Shown here: positions 26,030 through 39,400 of the stretch, in pieces
Layout of the letters: every line of letters starts with the position of its first letter
How positions within the stretch are numbered: the stretch's first letter is position 1
NCBI RefSeq assembly: GCF_009914755.1
Contig: NC_060933.1
Source of the DNA: the human T2T-CHM13v2.0 reference genome, Homo sapiens
Reading direction: 5' to 3' (one strand)
DNA length: 64,000 nt
The notes under the pieces: generated by a model
The model's input: only the letters and a program-made list of their open reading frames with translations
Told to the model about the DNA's origin: nothing
Database searches by the model: none
Translations under genes and position numbers: made by a program

Positions 26030-28440
26030 TCCGTTGCATTCCATTCCATTACATTCGGATTGATTCTATTCAACTCCCTTACTCTCCATTCCATTCCATT
26101 CCATTCGGGTTGTTCCATTCCATTCCATTCCATTCCACACCATTCCATTGCACTCGGGTTGATTCCATTCCATTCCATTCCATTCCATTCCATTCCATTC
26201 TGGATGATTCCATTCCATTGCCTTCCGTTCCATTACATTACCCTGCACTCGCGTTGATTCCATTCCATTCCGTTCCATTCCATTCAATTCCATTCCATTA
26301 CAATTCGTTCCATTCCATTCTATTCCGTACCATTCCATTCCATTCCATACCATTCCATTCCATTCCATTCCATTCCATTCCGTTCCATTCCGTTCCATTC
26401 CATTCCATTCCATTCTATTCGAATTAATTCCATTCCATTCCATTACATTCCATTCTATTCCATTCCTTTGCAATCGAGTTGAATCCATTGCATTTCATTC
26501 CATTCCATTCCATTCCATTCCATTCCGGAAGATTCCATTCCATTGCATTCCATTCCATTCCATTCCCCTGCACTCGCGTTGATTCCATTCCATTCCATTC
26601 CATTCCATTCCATTCCGGATGATTCCATTCCATTGAATTCCATTCCATTCCATTCCCCTGCACTTGGGTTGATTCCATTCCATTCCATTCCATTCCTTTC
26701 TGTTCCATTCAATTCCATTCCTTTCCATTCTATTCGTGTTAATTCCATTCCATTCTATTCCATTCCATTCCATTGAAATCGAGTTGATTCCATTCCATTC
26801 CATTCCATTCCATTCCATTCCATTCCATTCCGGATGATTCCTTTCCATTGCATTCCATTACATTCCATTCCATTCCATTCCATTTCATTCTATTCGTGTT
26901 AATTCCATTCCATTCCATTCCACTCCATTCCAGTCCTTTCCATTCCATTCAACTCGTGTTGATTCCATTCTATTCCTTTCAATTCCATTCCATTCCATTG
27001 CAATCGAGTTGATTCCATTCGAGTTGAATCCATTCCATTCCATTCCATTCCATTCCATTGCACACGGGTTCATTCCATTCCATTCTATTCCATTCCATTC
27101 CATTCCATTCCATTTCATTCTATTCCATTCTATTCCATAACATTCCATTCCATCCCATTCCATTCCGTTCCATTCCATGCCATTACACTCGGGTTGATTC
27201 CATTCCTTTCCATTCCATTCTTTTTGAATCCATTCCATTCCATTCCATTCCATTCGAATCCATTCCATTGCACTCGGGTTGATTCCATTCCATTCCATTC
27301 CATTCCATTTCATTCCATTCCATTCCATTACATTCGGATTGATTCTATTCAATTCCCTTACACTCCATTACATTCCATTCCATTCGGGATGTTTCCATTC
27401 CATTCCATTCCATTCCACTCAATTCCATTGCATCAGGTTGATTGCATTCCATTCCATTCCATTCCATTCCGGATGATTCCATTCCATTGCATTCCATTCC
27501 ATTCCATTCCCCTGCACTCGGGATGATTCCATTCCATTCCATTCCATTCCATTCCATTCCATTCCATTCCGTTCCATTCCATTCCATTCCATTCTATTCC
27601 GGTTAATTCCATTCCATTCCATTCGATTAAATTCCATTCCATTCCATTCCATTGCAATCGAGTTGATTCCATTCCATTCCAGTCCATTCCTTTCCGGATG
27701 ATTCCATTCCATTCCATTCCATTCCATTCCATTCCCCTGCAGTCGGGTTGACTCCATTCCATTCCATTCCATTCCATTCCATTCCATTCTATTCCATTCC
27801 ATTCCGTTCAATTCCATTCCATTCCATTCTATTCGGGTTAATTCCATTCCATTCCATTCCATTCCATTCCATTCCATTCCAATCGAGTTGATTCCATTCC
27901 ATTCCATTCCATTCCATTCGAATCCATTCCATTGCACTCGGGTTGATTCCATTCCATTCCATTCCATTCCATTTCATTCCATTCCATTCCATTACATTCG
28001 GATTGATTCTATTCAATTCCCTTACACTCCATTACATTCCATTCCATTCGGGATGTTTCCATTCCATTCCATTCCATTCCACTCCATTCCATTGCATCAG
28101 GTTGATTGCATTCCATTCCATTCCATTCCATTCCGGATGATTCCATTCCATTGCATTCCATTCCATTCCATTCCCCTGCACTCGGGATGATTCCATTCCA
28201 TTCCATTCCATTCCATTCCGTTCCATTCCATTCCATTCTATTCTATTCCGGTTAATTCCATTCCATTCCATTCGATTAAATTCCATTCCATTCCATTCCA
28301 TTGCAATCGAGTTGATTCCATTCCATTCCAGTCCATTCCGTTCCGGATGATTCCATTCCATTCCATTCCATTCCATTCCATTCCCCTGCAGTCGGGTTGA
28401 TTCCATTCCATTCCATTCCATTCCATTCCATTCCATTCCA
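26030..28440 (+). repeat. Dispersed duplicated block homologous to ~46885-49410 (offset ~20.9 kb), each containing an internal ~665-bp tandem duplication
   Basis: Shared rare variants CCACACC, GCCTTCCG, TTCGAATTAATT, GCACTTGGG, TTGAAATCGAG, GCACACGGGTTCA, CGGGATGTTTCC, GCATCAGG. Internal offsets 664 (27279/27943) and 669 (48183/48852). Confidence 0.85.
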
Positions 28441-29159
28441 TTCCATTCCATTTCATTCCGTTGCATTCCATTACATTCAGATTGATTCTATTCAACTCCC
28501 TTACTATCCATTACATTGCATTCCATTCGTGTTGTTCCATTCCATTCCATTCCATTCCACTCCATTCCATTGCACTCGGGTTGATTCCATTCCATTCCAT
28601 TCCATTCCATTGCATTCCGGATGATTCCATTCCATTGCATTTCGTTCCATTACATTCCCCTGCACTCTCGTTGATTCCATTCCATTCCATTCAATTCCAT
28701 TCCATTACAATTCGTTCCATTCCATTCTATTCCGTACCATTCCATTCCATTCCATACCATTCCATTCCATTCCCTTCCATTCCATTCCGTTCCATTCCGT
28801 TCCATTGCATTCCATTCCATTCTATTCCGGTTAATTCCATTCCATTCCTTTCCATTCCATTCTATTCCATTCCATTGCAATCGAGTTGAATCCATTGCAT
28901 TTCATTCCATTCCATTCCATTCCATTCCATTCCGGAATATTCCATTCCATTGCATTCCATTCCCCTGCACTCGCGTTGATTCCATTCCATTCCATTCCAT
29001 TCCATTCCGTTCCGTTCCGTTCCATTCCATTCCATTCGATTCCATTCCGTTCCGTTCCATTCCATTCCATTCCATTCTATTTGGGTTAATTCCATTCCAT
29101 TCCATTCGATTGCAATCGAGTTGATTCCATTCCATTCCATTCCATTCCATTCCATTCCA

Positions 29160-30510
29160 TTCCAATCCATTACAATCGAGTTGATTCCATTCCATTCCAT
29201 TCCATTCCATTCCATTCCATTCCAGTCATTTCCATTCCATTCCACTCGGGTTGATTCCATTCTATTAGTTTCCATTCCATTCCATTCCCTTCCATTCCAC
29301 TCTGGTTGATTCCATTCCTTTCCATTCCACTCGAATACGTTCCCTCCTATTCCACTCTGAACGATTCCATTCTATTCCATTCCATTGCATTCCATTTCGT
29401 TCCATTCCATTCTATTCCGTACCATTCCATTCCATTCCATTCCTTTCCATTCCATTCCATTCCACTCGTGTTGATTCCATTCCTTTCCATTCCATTCGGT
29501 TTGAAGGCATTCCAATCCATTCAATTCCATTCCATTCCATTCCATTCCATTCCATTCCATTCCATTGTACTCGGGTTGATTCCATTCCATTGCATTCCAT
29601 TCCATTCCATTCCCCTTCAGTCGGGTTGATTCCATTCCATTCCATTCCATTCCATTCCATTCCATTCCGTTCCTTTCCATTTAATTCCATTCCATTCTAT
29701 TCGGGTTAATTCCACTCCATTCCATTCCATTCCATTCCATTCCATTCCAATCGAGTTGATTCCATTCCATTCCATTCCATTCCATTCCACTCCATTCCAG
29801 TCCTTTCCATTCCATTCCACTCGGGTTGATTCCAATGTATTCCTTTCCATTCCATTCCATTCCATTGCAATCGAGTTGATTCCATTGCTTTGCATTCCAT
29901 TCCATTCCATTCCATTCCGGATGATTCCATTCCATTGCATTCCATTCCATTCCATTCCCCTGCACTCGGGTTGATTCCATTCCATTCCACTCCATTCCGT
30001 TCCATTCCATTCCATTCCGTTTTATTCGGGTTAATTCCATTCCATTCCGTTCAATTCCATTCCATTCCAATCCATTACAATCGAGTTGATTCCATTCCAT
30101 TCCATTCCATTCCATTCCATTCCAGTCATTTCCATTCCATTCCACTCGGGTTGATTCCATTCTATTAGTTTCCATTCCATTCCATTCCCTTCCATTCCAC
30201 TCTGGTTGATTCCATTCCTTTCCATTCCACTCGAATACGTTCCCTCCTATTCCACTCTGAACGATTCCATTCTATTCCATTCCATTCCATTCCATTTCGT
30301 TCCATTCCATTCTATTCCATACCATTCCATTCCATTCCGTTCCTTTCCATTCCATTCCATTCCACTCGTGTTGATTGCATTCCTTTCCATTCCATTCGGT
30401 TTGAAGGCATTCCAATCCATTCAATTCCATTCCATTCCATTCCATTCCATTCCATTCCATTCCATTCCATTCCATTCCATTGTACTCGGGTTGATTCCAT
30501 TCCATTGCAT
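29160..30510 (+). repeat. Direct repeat with 900-bp period (~29160-29610 and ~30065-30510)
   Basis: Rare variants CCAATCCATTACAATCG, CAGTCATTTCC, CGAATACGTTCCC, CTCTGAACG and GGCATTCCAATCC occur in both copies. ORF offset 29306/30206 = 900. Confidence 0.85.
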
Positions 30511-31983
30511 TCCATTCCATTCCATTCCATTCCATTCCGTTGCATTCCATTCCATTACATTCGGATTGATTCTATTCAACTCCCTTAATCTCCATTCCAT
30601 TCCATTCCATTCGGGTTGTTCCATTCCATTCCATTCCATTCCACTCCATTCCATTGCACTCGGGTTGATTCCATTCCATTCCATTCCATTCCATTCCATT
30701 CCGGATGATTCCATTCCATTGCATTCCGTTCCATTACATTCCCCTGCACTCGCGTTGATTCCATTCCATTCCATTCCATTCCATTCAGTTCCATTCCATT
30801 ACAATTCGTTCCATTCCATTCTATTCCGTACTATTCCATTCCATTCCATACCATTCCATTCCATTCCATTCTATTCCATTCCATTCCATTCCGTTCCATT
30901 CCTTTCCATTCCATTCCATTCCATTCTATTCGGGTTAATTCCATTCCATTCCATTCCATTCCATTCCATTCTATTCCATTCCATTGCAATCGAGTTGAGT
31001 CCATTGCATTTCATTCCATTCCATTCCATTCCATTCCGGAAGATTCCATTCCATTGCATTCCATTCCATTCCATTCCCCTGCACTCGCGTTGATTCCATT
31101 CCATTCCATTCCATTCCATTCCATTCCGTTCCGTTCCGTTCCGTTCCATTCCATTCCACTCCATTCCATTCCATTCCGTTCCGTTCCATTCCATTCCTTT
31201 CCATTCTATTTGGGTAATTCCATTCCATTCCATTCGATTGCAATCGAGTTGATTCCATTCCATTCCATTGCATTCCATTCCATTCCATTCCTTTCCATTC
31301 CATTACGGATGATTCCATTCCATTACATTCCATTCCATTCCATTCCCCTGTACTCGGGTTGATTCCATTCCATTCCATTCCAATCCATGCCATTCCACTC
31401 GTGTTGATTCCATTCTTTCCATTCCATTCAAGTTGAATCCATTCCATTGCATTGCATTCCATTCGATTCCATTCGATTGCACTCTTGTTGATTCCATTCC
31501 ATTCCATTCCATTCTATTCCATTCCATTCCATTCCGTTCCATTCCATTCCATTACATTCAGATTGATTCTATTCAATTCCCTTACACTCCATTACATTCC
31601 ATTCCATTCGGGTATTTTCCATTCCATTCCATTCCATTCCTCTCCATTCCATTGCACTCGGGTTGATTCCATTCCATTGCATTCCATTCCATTCCATTCA
31701 ATTCCATTCCGTTCTATCCCATTCCATTACATTCGGAATGATTCTATTCAACTCCCTTACTCTCCATTACATTCCATTCCATTAGGGTTGTTCCATTCCA
31801 TTCCATTCCATTCCACTCCATTCCATTGCACTCGGGTTGATTCCGTTCCATTCCATTCCATTCCGGAAGATTCCATTCCATTGCATTCCATTGCATTCCA
31901 TTCCCCTGCACTCGCGTTGATTCCATTCCATTCCATTCCATTCCATTCCGTTCCTTTCCGTTCCATTCCATTCCATTCCATTC

Positions 31984-32018
31984 CGTTCCGTTCCGTTCCG
32001 TTCCGTTCCGTTCCGTTC
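31984..32018 (+). repeat. (CGTTC)7 CpG-bearing variant pentamer run, longest seen in the window
   Basis: Seven consecutive CGTTC units read directly from the sequence. Confidence 0.9.
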
Positions 32019-35000
32019 CATTCCATTCCATTCTATTCGGGTTAATTCCATTCCATTCCATTCGATTGCAATCGAGTTGATTCCATTCCATTCCATTCCA
32101 TTCCCTTCCATTCCATTCCATTCCTTTCCATTCCATTACGGATGATTCCATTCCATTGCATTCCATTCCATTCCATTCCCCTGTACTCGGGTTCATTCCA
32201 TTCCATTCCATTCCAATCCATGCCATTCCACTCGTGTTGATTCCATTCTTTCCATTCCATTCAAGTTGAATCCATTCCATTGCATTCCATTCCATTCCAT
32301 TCCCCTGCAGTCGGGTTGATTCCATTCCATTCCATTCCATTCCCTTCCATTCCATTTCATTCCGTTCCGTTCCATTTAATTCCATTCCATTCTATTCGGG
32401 TTAATTCCATTCCATTCCATTCCATTCCATTCCATTCCATTCCAATCGAGTTGATTCCATTCCATTCCATTCCATTCCATTCCACTCCATTCCAGTCATT
32501 TCCATTCCATTCCACTCGGGTTGATTCCAATGTATTCCTTTCCAGTCCATTCCATTCCATTGCAATCGAGTTGATTCTATTGCTTTGCATTCCATTCCAT
32601 TCCATTCCATTCCGGATGATTCCATTCCATTGCATTCCATTCCATTCCATTCCCCTGCACTCGGGTTGATTCCATTCCATTCCACTCCATTCCGTTCCAT
32701 TCCATTCCATTCCATTATATTTGGGTTAATTCCATTCCATTCCATTCCATTCCATTCCATTCCATTCCATTCCATTCCATTACAATCGAGTTGATTCCAT
32801 TTCATTCCATTCCATTCCATTCCATTCCTTTCCAGTCCTTTCCATTCCATTCCACTCGGGTTGATTCCATTCTAGTAGTTTCCATTCCATTCCATTCCCT
32901 TCCATTCCACTCTGGTTGATTCCATTCGTTTCCAATCCACTCGAATACATTCCCTCCTTTTCCACTCGGAACGATTCCATTCCATTCCATTCCATTCCAT
33001 TCCATTCCATTCCATTCCATTCCATTCCATTCCATTCCATTTCTTTCCATTCCATTATATTCCATACCATTCCATTCCATTCGATTGCATTCCATTCCAT
33101 TCCATTCCATTCCACTCGTGTTGATTCCATTCCTTTCCATTCCATTCGGTTTGAAGCCATTCCTTTCCATTCCATTCCATTCCATTCCATTCCATTCCAT
33201 TCCATTGTAGTCGGGTTGATTCCATTCAATTGCATTCCATTCCATTCCATTCCATTCCATTCCATTCCATTCCATTCCATTCCGGATGATTCCATTCCAT
33301 TACATTCTGTTCCATTACATTCCCCTGCACTCGCGTTGATTCCATTCCATTCCATTCCATTCCCCACCATTCCATTCCATTCCATTCCATTCCATTCCAT
33401 TCCGTTCCGTTCCATTCCGTTCCATTCCATTCCATTCTATTCGGGTTAATTCCATTGCATTCCATTCCATTCCATTCTATTCCATTCCATTGCAATCGAG
33501 TTGAATCCATTGCATTCCATTCCATTCCATTCCATTCCGGAAGATTCCATTCCATTGCATTCCATTACATTCCATTCCCCTGCACTCGCGTTGATTCCAT
33601 TCCATTCCATTCCATTCGGATTCATTCTATTCAATTCCCTTACACTCCATTACATTCCATTCGATTCGTGTAGTTTCCATTCCATTCCATTCCATTCCTC
33701 TCCATTCCATTGCACTCGGGTTGATTCCATTCCATTCCATTCCATTCCATTCCATTCCATTCCATTCCATTCCATTCCATTCCGGATGATTCCATTCCAT
33801 TGAATTCCATTCCATTCCATTCCCCTGCACTTGGGTTGATTCCATTCCATTCCATTCCATTCCTTTCTGTTCCATTCAATTCCATTCCATTCCATTCTAT
33901 TCGTGTTAATTCCATTCCATTCTATTCCATTCCATTCCATTGAAATCGAGTTGATTCCATTCCATTCCATTCCATTCCATTCCATTCCGGATGATTCCAT
34001 TCCATTGCATTCCATTCCATTCCATTCCCCTGCACTCGGGTTGATTCCATTCCATTCCATTCCATTCCATTCCATTCCATTCCGTTCCATTTCATTCTAT
34101 TCGGGTTAATTCCATTCCATTCCATTCCACTCCATTCCAGTCCTTTCCATTCCATTCCACTCGGGATGATTCCATTCTATTCCTTTCAATTCCATTCCAT
34201 TCCATTGCAATCGAGTTGATTCCATTCGAGTTGAATCCATTCCATTCCATTCCATTGCACACAGGTTCATTCCATTCCATTCCATTCCATTCCATTCCAT
34301 TCCATTCCATTTCATTCCATTCCATTCTATTCCGTACCATTCCATTCCATCCCATTCCATTCCGTTCCATTCCATGCCATTACACTCGGGTTGATTCCAT
34401 TCCTTTCCATTCCATTCTTGTTGAATCCATTCCATTCCATTCCTTTCCATTCGAATCCATTCCATTGCACTCATGCTGATTCCATTCCATTCCATTCCAT
34501 TCCATTTCATTCCATTCCATTCCATTACATTCGGATTGATTCTATTCAATTCCCTTACACTCCATTACATTCCATTCCATTCGGGATGTTTCCATTCCAT
34601 TCCATTCCATTCCACTCCATTCCATTGCATCAGGTTGATTGCATTCCATTCCATTCCATTCCATTCCGGATGATTCCATTCCATTGCATTCCATTCCATT
34701 CCATTCCCCTGCACTCGGGTTGATTCCATTCCATTCCATTCCATTCCATTCCATTCCATTTCTTTCCATTCCATTCCATTCCATTCTATTCCGGTTAGTT
34801 CCATTCCATTCCATTCCATTCCATTCCATTCCATTGCAATCGAGTTGATTCCATTCCATTCCATTCCATTCCATTCCATTCCATTCCATTCCAGTTCGTT
34901 CGATTCCATTCTATTCCATACCATTCCATTCTATTCCATTCCTTTCCATTCCATTCCTTTCCACTCGTGTTGATTCCATTCCTTTCCATTCCATTCGGTT

Positions 35001-38000
35001 TGAAGGCATTCCATTCCATTCAATTCCATTCCATTCCATTCCATTCCATTCCATTCTATTCCATTCCATTGCAATCGAGTTGAATCCATTGCCTTTCATT
35101 CCATTCCATTCCATTCCATTCCATTCCGGAAGATTCCATTCCATTGCATTCCATTCCATTCCATTCCCCTGCACTCGCGTTGATTCCATTCCATTCCATT
35201 CCATTCCATTCCGTTCCTTTCCATTCCATTCCATTCCATTCCATTCCATTCCGTTCCGTTCCATTCCATTCCATTCCATTCTATTCGGGTTAATTCCATT
35301 CCATTCCATTCGATTGCCATCGAGTTGATTCCATTCCATTCCATTCCATTCCATTCCATTCCATTCCATTCCACTCCATTCGGTTCCGTTGCATTCCATT
35401 CTATTGCATTCCATTCTATTCGGGTTAATTCCATTCCATTCTATTCCATTCCATTCCATTCCATTCCATTGCAATGGAGTTGATTCCATTCCATTCCATT
35501 CCATTCCGGATGATTCCATTCCATTGCATTCCATTCCATTCCATTCCCCTGCACTCGTGTTGATTCCATTCCCTTCCATTCCATTCCATTCCGTTCCATT
35601 CCATTCCATTCCATTCTATTCCGGTTAATTCCATTCCATTCCATTCCATTCCATTCCATTCCATTCCATTCCATTTCTTTCCATTCCATTCTATTCCATA
35701 CCATTCCATTCCATTCGATTGCATTCCATTCCATTCCATTCCATTCCACTCGTTTTGATTCCATTCCTTTCCATTCCATTCGGTTTGAAGCCATTCCTTT
35801 CCATTCCATTCCATTCCATTCCATTCCATTCCATTCCATTGTAGTCGGGTTGATTCCATTCAATTGCATTCCATTCCATTCCATTCCATTCCTTTCCATT
35901 CCATTACGGATGATTCCATTCCATTGCATTCCATTCCATTCCATTCCCCTGTAATCGGGTTGATTCCATTCCATTCCATTCAAATCCATGCCATTCCACT
36001 CGTGTTGATTCCATTCTTTCCATTGCATTCAAGTTTAATCCATTCCATTGCATTCCATTCCATTCCATTCCCCTGCAGTCGGGTTGATTCCATTCCATTC
36101 CATTCCATTCCATTCCATTCCATTCCATTCCGTTCCGTTCCGTTCCATTCCATTCCATTCCATTCTATTCGGGTTAATTCCATTCCATTCCATTCCATTC
36201 CATTCCAATCGAGTTGATTCCATTCCATTCCATTCCATTCCATTCCACTCCATTGCAGTCCTTTCCATTCCATTCCACTCGGGTTGATTCCAATGTATTC
36301 CTTTCCATTCCATTCCATTCAATTGCAATCGAGTTGATTCCATTGCTTTGCATTCCATTCCATTCCATTCCATTCCGGATGATTCCATTCCATTGCATTC
36401 CATTCCATTCCATTCCCCTGCACTCGGGTTGATTCCATTCCATTCCACTCCATTCCGTTTCATTCCATTCCATTCCATTTTATTCGGGTTATTTCCAATC
36501 CATTGCATTCCATTCCATTCCATTCCCCTGCACTCGGGTTGATTCCATTCCATTCCACTCCATTCCGTTCCATTCCATTCCATTCCATTCCACTCCATTC
36601 CGTTCCATTCCATTCCATTCCATTGTATTCGGGTTAATTCCATTCCATTCCATTCCATTCCATTCCATTCCATTCCATTCCATTACAATCGAGTTGATTC
36701 CATTCCATTCCATTCCATTCCATTCCATTCCATTCCAGTCCTTTCCATTCCATTCCACTCGGTTGATTCCATTCTATTAGTTTCCATTCCATTCCATTCC
36801 CTTCCATTCCACTCTGGTTGATTCCATTCCTTTCCATTCCACTCGAATACATTCCCTCCTATTCCACTCGGAACGATTCCATTCCATTCCATTCCATTCC
36901 ATACCATTCCATTCCATGCCATTCCATTTCGTTCCATTCCATTCTATTCCGTATCATACCTTTCCATTCCATTCCATTCCATTCCATTCCATTCCATTCC
37001 ATTCCATTCCACTCGTGTTGATTCCATTCCTTTCCATTCCATTCGGTTTGAAGGCATTCCATTCCATTCCATTCCATTCCATTCCATTCCATTCCATTCC
37101 ATTCCATTCCATTGTACTCGGGTTGATTCCATTCCATTGCATTCCATTCCATTCCATTCCATTCCATTCCATTCCATTCCATTCCATTCCGTTGCACTCC
37201 ATTACATTCAGATTGATTCTATTCAACTCCCTTACTATCCATTACATTCCATTCCATTCGTGTGGTTCCATTCCATTCCATTCCATTCCACTCCATTCCA
37301 TTGCACTCGGGTTGATTCCATTCCATTCCATTCCACTCCGGATGATTCCATTCCATTGCATTTCGTTCCATTACATTCCCCTGCACTCGCGTTGATTCCA
37401 TTCCATTCCATTCAATTCCATTCCATTACAATTCGTTCCATTCCATTCTATTCCGTACCATTCCATTCCATTCCATACCATTCCATTCCATTCCCTTCCA
37501 TTCCATTCCGTTCCATTCCGTTCCATTGCATTCCATTCCATTCTATTCGGGTTAATTGCATTCCATTCCATTCCATTCCATTCTATTCCATTCCATTGCA
37601 ATCGAGTTGAATCCATTGCATTTCATTCCATTCCATTCCATTCCATTCCGGAAGATTCCATTCCATTGCATTCCATTACATTCCATTCCCCTGCACTCGC
37701 GTTGATTCCATTCCATTCCATTCCATTCCATTCCTTTCCGTTCCATTCCATTCCATTCCATTCCATTCCATTCCATTCCGTTCCATTCCGTTCCATTCCA
37801 TTCCATTCCATTCTATTCGGGTTAATTCCATTCCATTCCATTCCATTGAAATCGAGTTGATTCCATTCCATTCCATTCCATTCCATTAGATTCCATTCCA
37901 ATGGAGTTGATTCCATTCCATTCCATTCCATTCCATTCCACTCCATTCCAGTCCTTTCCATTCCATTACACTCGGGTTGATTCAATTCTATTCCTTTCCA

Positions 38001-38159
38001 TTCCATTCCATTCCATTGCAATCGAGTTGATTCCATTGCTTTGCATTCCATTCCATTCCATTCCATTCCGGATGATTCCATTCCATTGCATTCCATTCCA
38101 TTCCATTCCCCTGCACTCGGGTTGATTCCATTCCATTCCACTCCATTCCGTTCCATTCC

Positions 38160-39400
38160 ATTCCATTCCATTGTATTCGGGTTAATTCCATTCCATTCCA
38201 TTCCATTCCATTCCATTCCATTACAATCGAGTTGATTCCATTCCATTCCATTCCATTCCATTCCATTACATTACATTCCACTCCTTTCCATTCCTTTCCA
38301 CTCGGGTTGATTCCATTCTATTAGTTTCCATTCCATTCCATTCCCTTCCATTCCATTCCATTTCGTTCCATTCCATTCTATTCCGTACCATTCCATTCCA
38401 TTCCATTCCTTTCCATTCCATTCCATTCCACCCGTGTTGATTCCATTCCTTTCCATTCCATTCGGTTTGAAAGCATTCCATTCCATTCAATTCCACTCCA
38501 TTCCATTCAATTCCATTCCATTCCATTCCATTCCATTCCATTCCATTGAACTCGGGTTGATTCCATTCCATTGCATTCCATTCCATTCCATTCCATTCCA
38601 TTCCGTTGCATTCCATTCCATTACATTCGGATTGATTCTATTCAACTCCCTTACTCTCCATTACATTCCATTCCATTCGGGTTGTTCCATTCCATTCCAT
38701 TCCATTCCACTCCATTCCATTGCACTCGGGTTGATTCCATTCCATTCCATTCCATTCCATTCCATTCCATTCCGGAAGATTCCATTCCATTGCATTCCAT
38801 TCCATTCCATTCCCCTGCACTCGCGTTGATTCCATTCCATTCCATTCCATTCCATTCCATTCCATTCCATTCCATTCCATTGTATTCGGGTTAATTCCAT
38901 TCCATTCCATTCCATTCCATTCCATTCCATTACAATCGAGTTGATTCCATTCCATTCCATTCCATTCCATTCCATTACATTACATTCCACTCCTTTCCAT
39001 TCCTTTCCACTCGGGTTGATTCCATTCTATTAGTTTCCATTCCATTCCATTCCCTTCCATTCCATTCCATTTCGTTCCATTCCATTCTATTCCGTACCAT
39101 TCCATTCCATTCCATTCCTTTCCATTCCATTCCATTCCACCCGTGTTGATTCCATTCCTTTCCATTCCATTCGGTTTGAAAGCATTCCATTCCATTCAAT
39201 TCCACTCCATTCCATTCAATTCCATTCCATTCCATTCCATTCCATTCCATTCCATTGAACTCGGGTTGATTCCATTCCATTGCATTCCATTCCATTCCAT
39301 TCCATTCCATTCCGTTGCATTCCATTCCATTACATTCGGATTGATTCTATTCAACTCCCTTACTCTCCATTACATTCCATTCCATTCGGGTTGTTCCATT
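38160..39400 (+). repeat. Essentially identical direct repeat with 709-bp period (~38160-38690 and ~38869-39400)
   Basis: ORFs 38266..38616 and 38975..39325 translate identically. Rare variants CACCCGTGTTG, TTGAAAGCATT and TTACATTACATTCCACTCCTTTCC occur in both. Confidence 0.92.
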
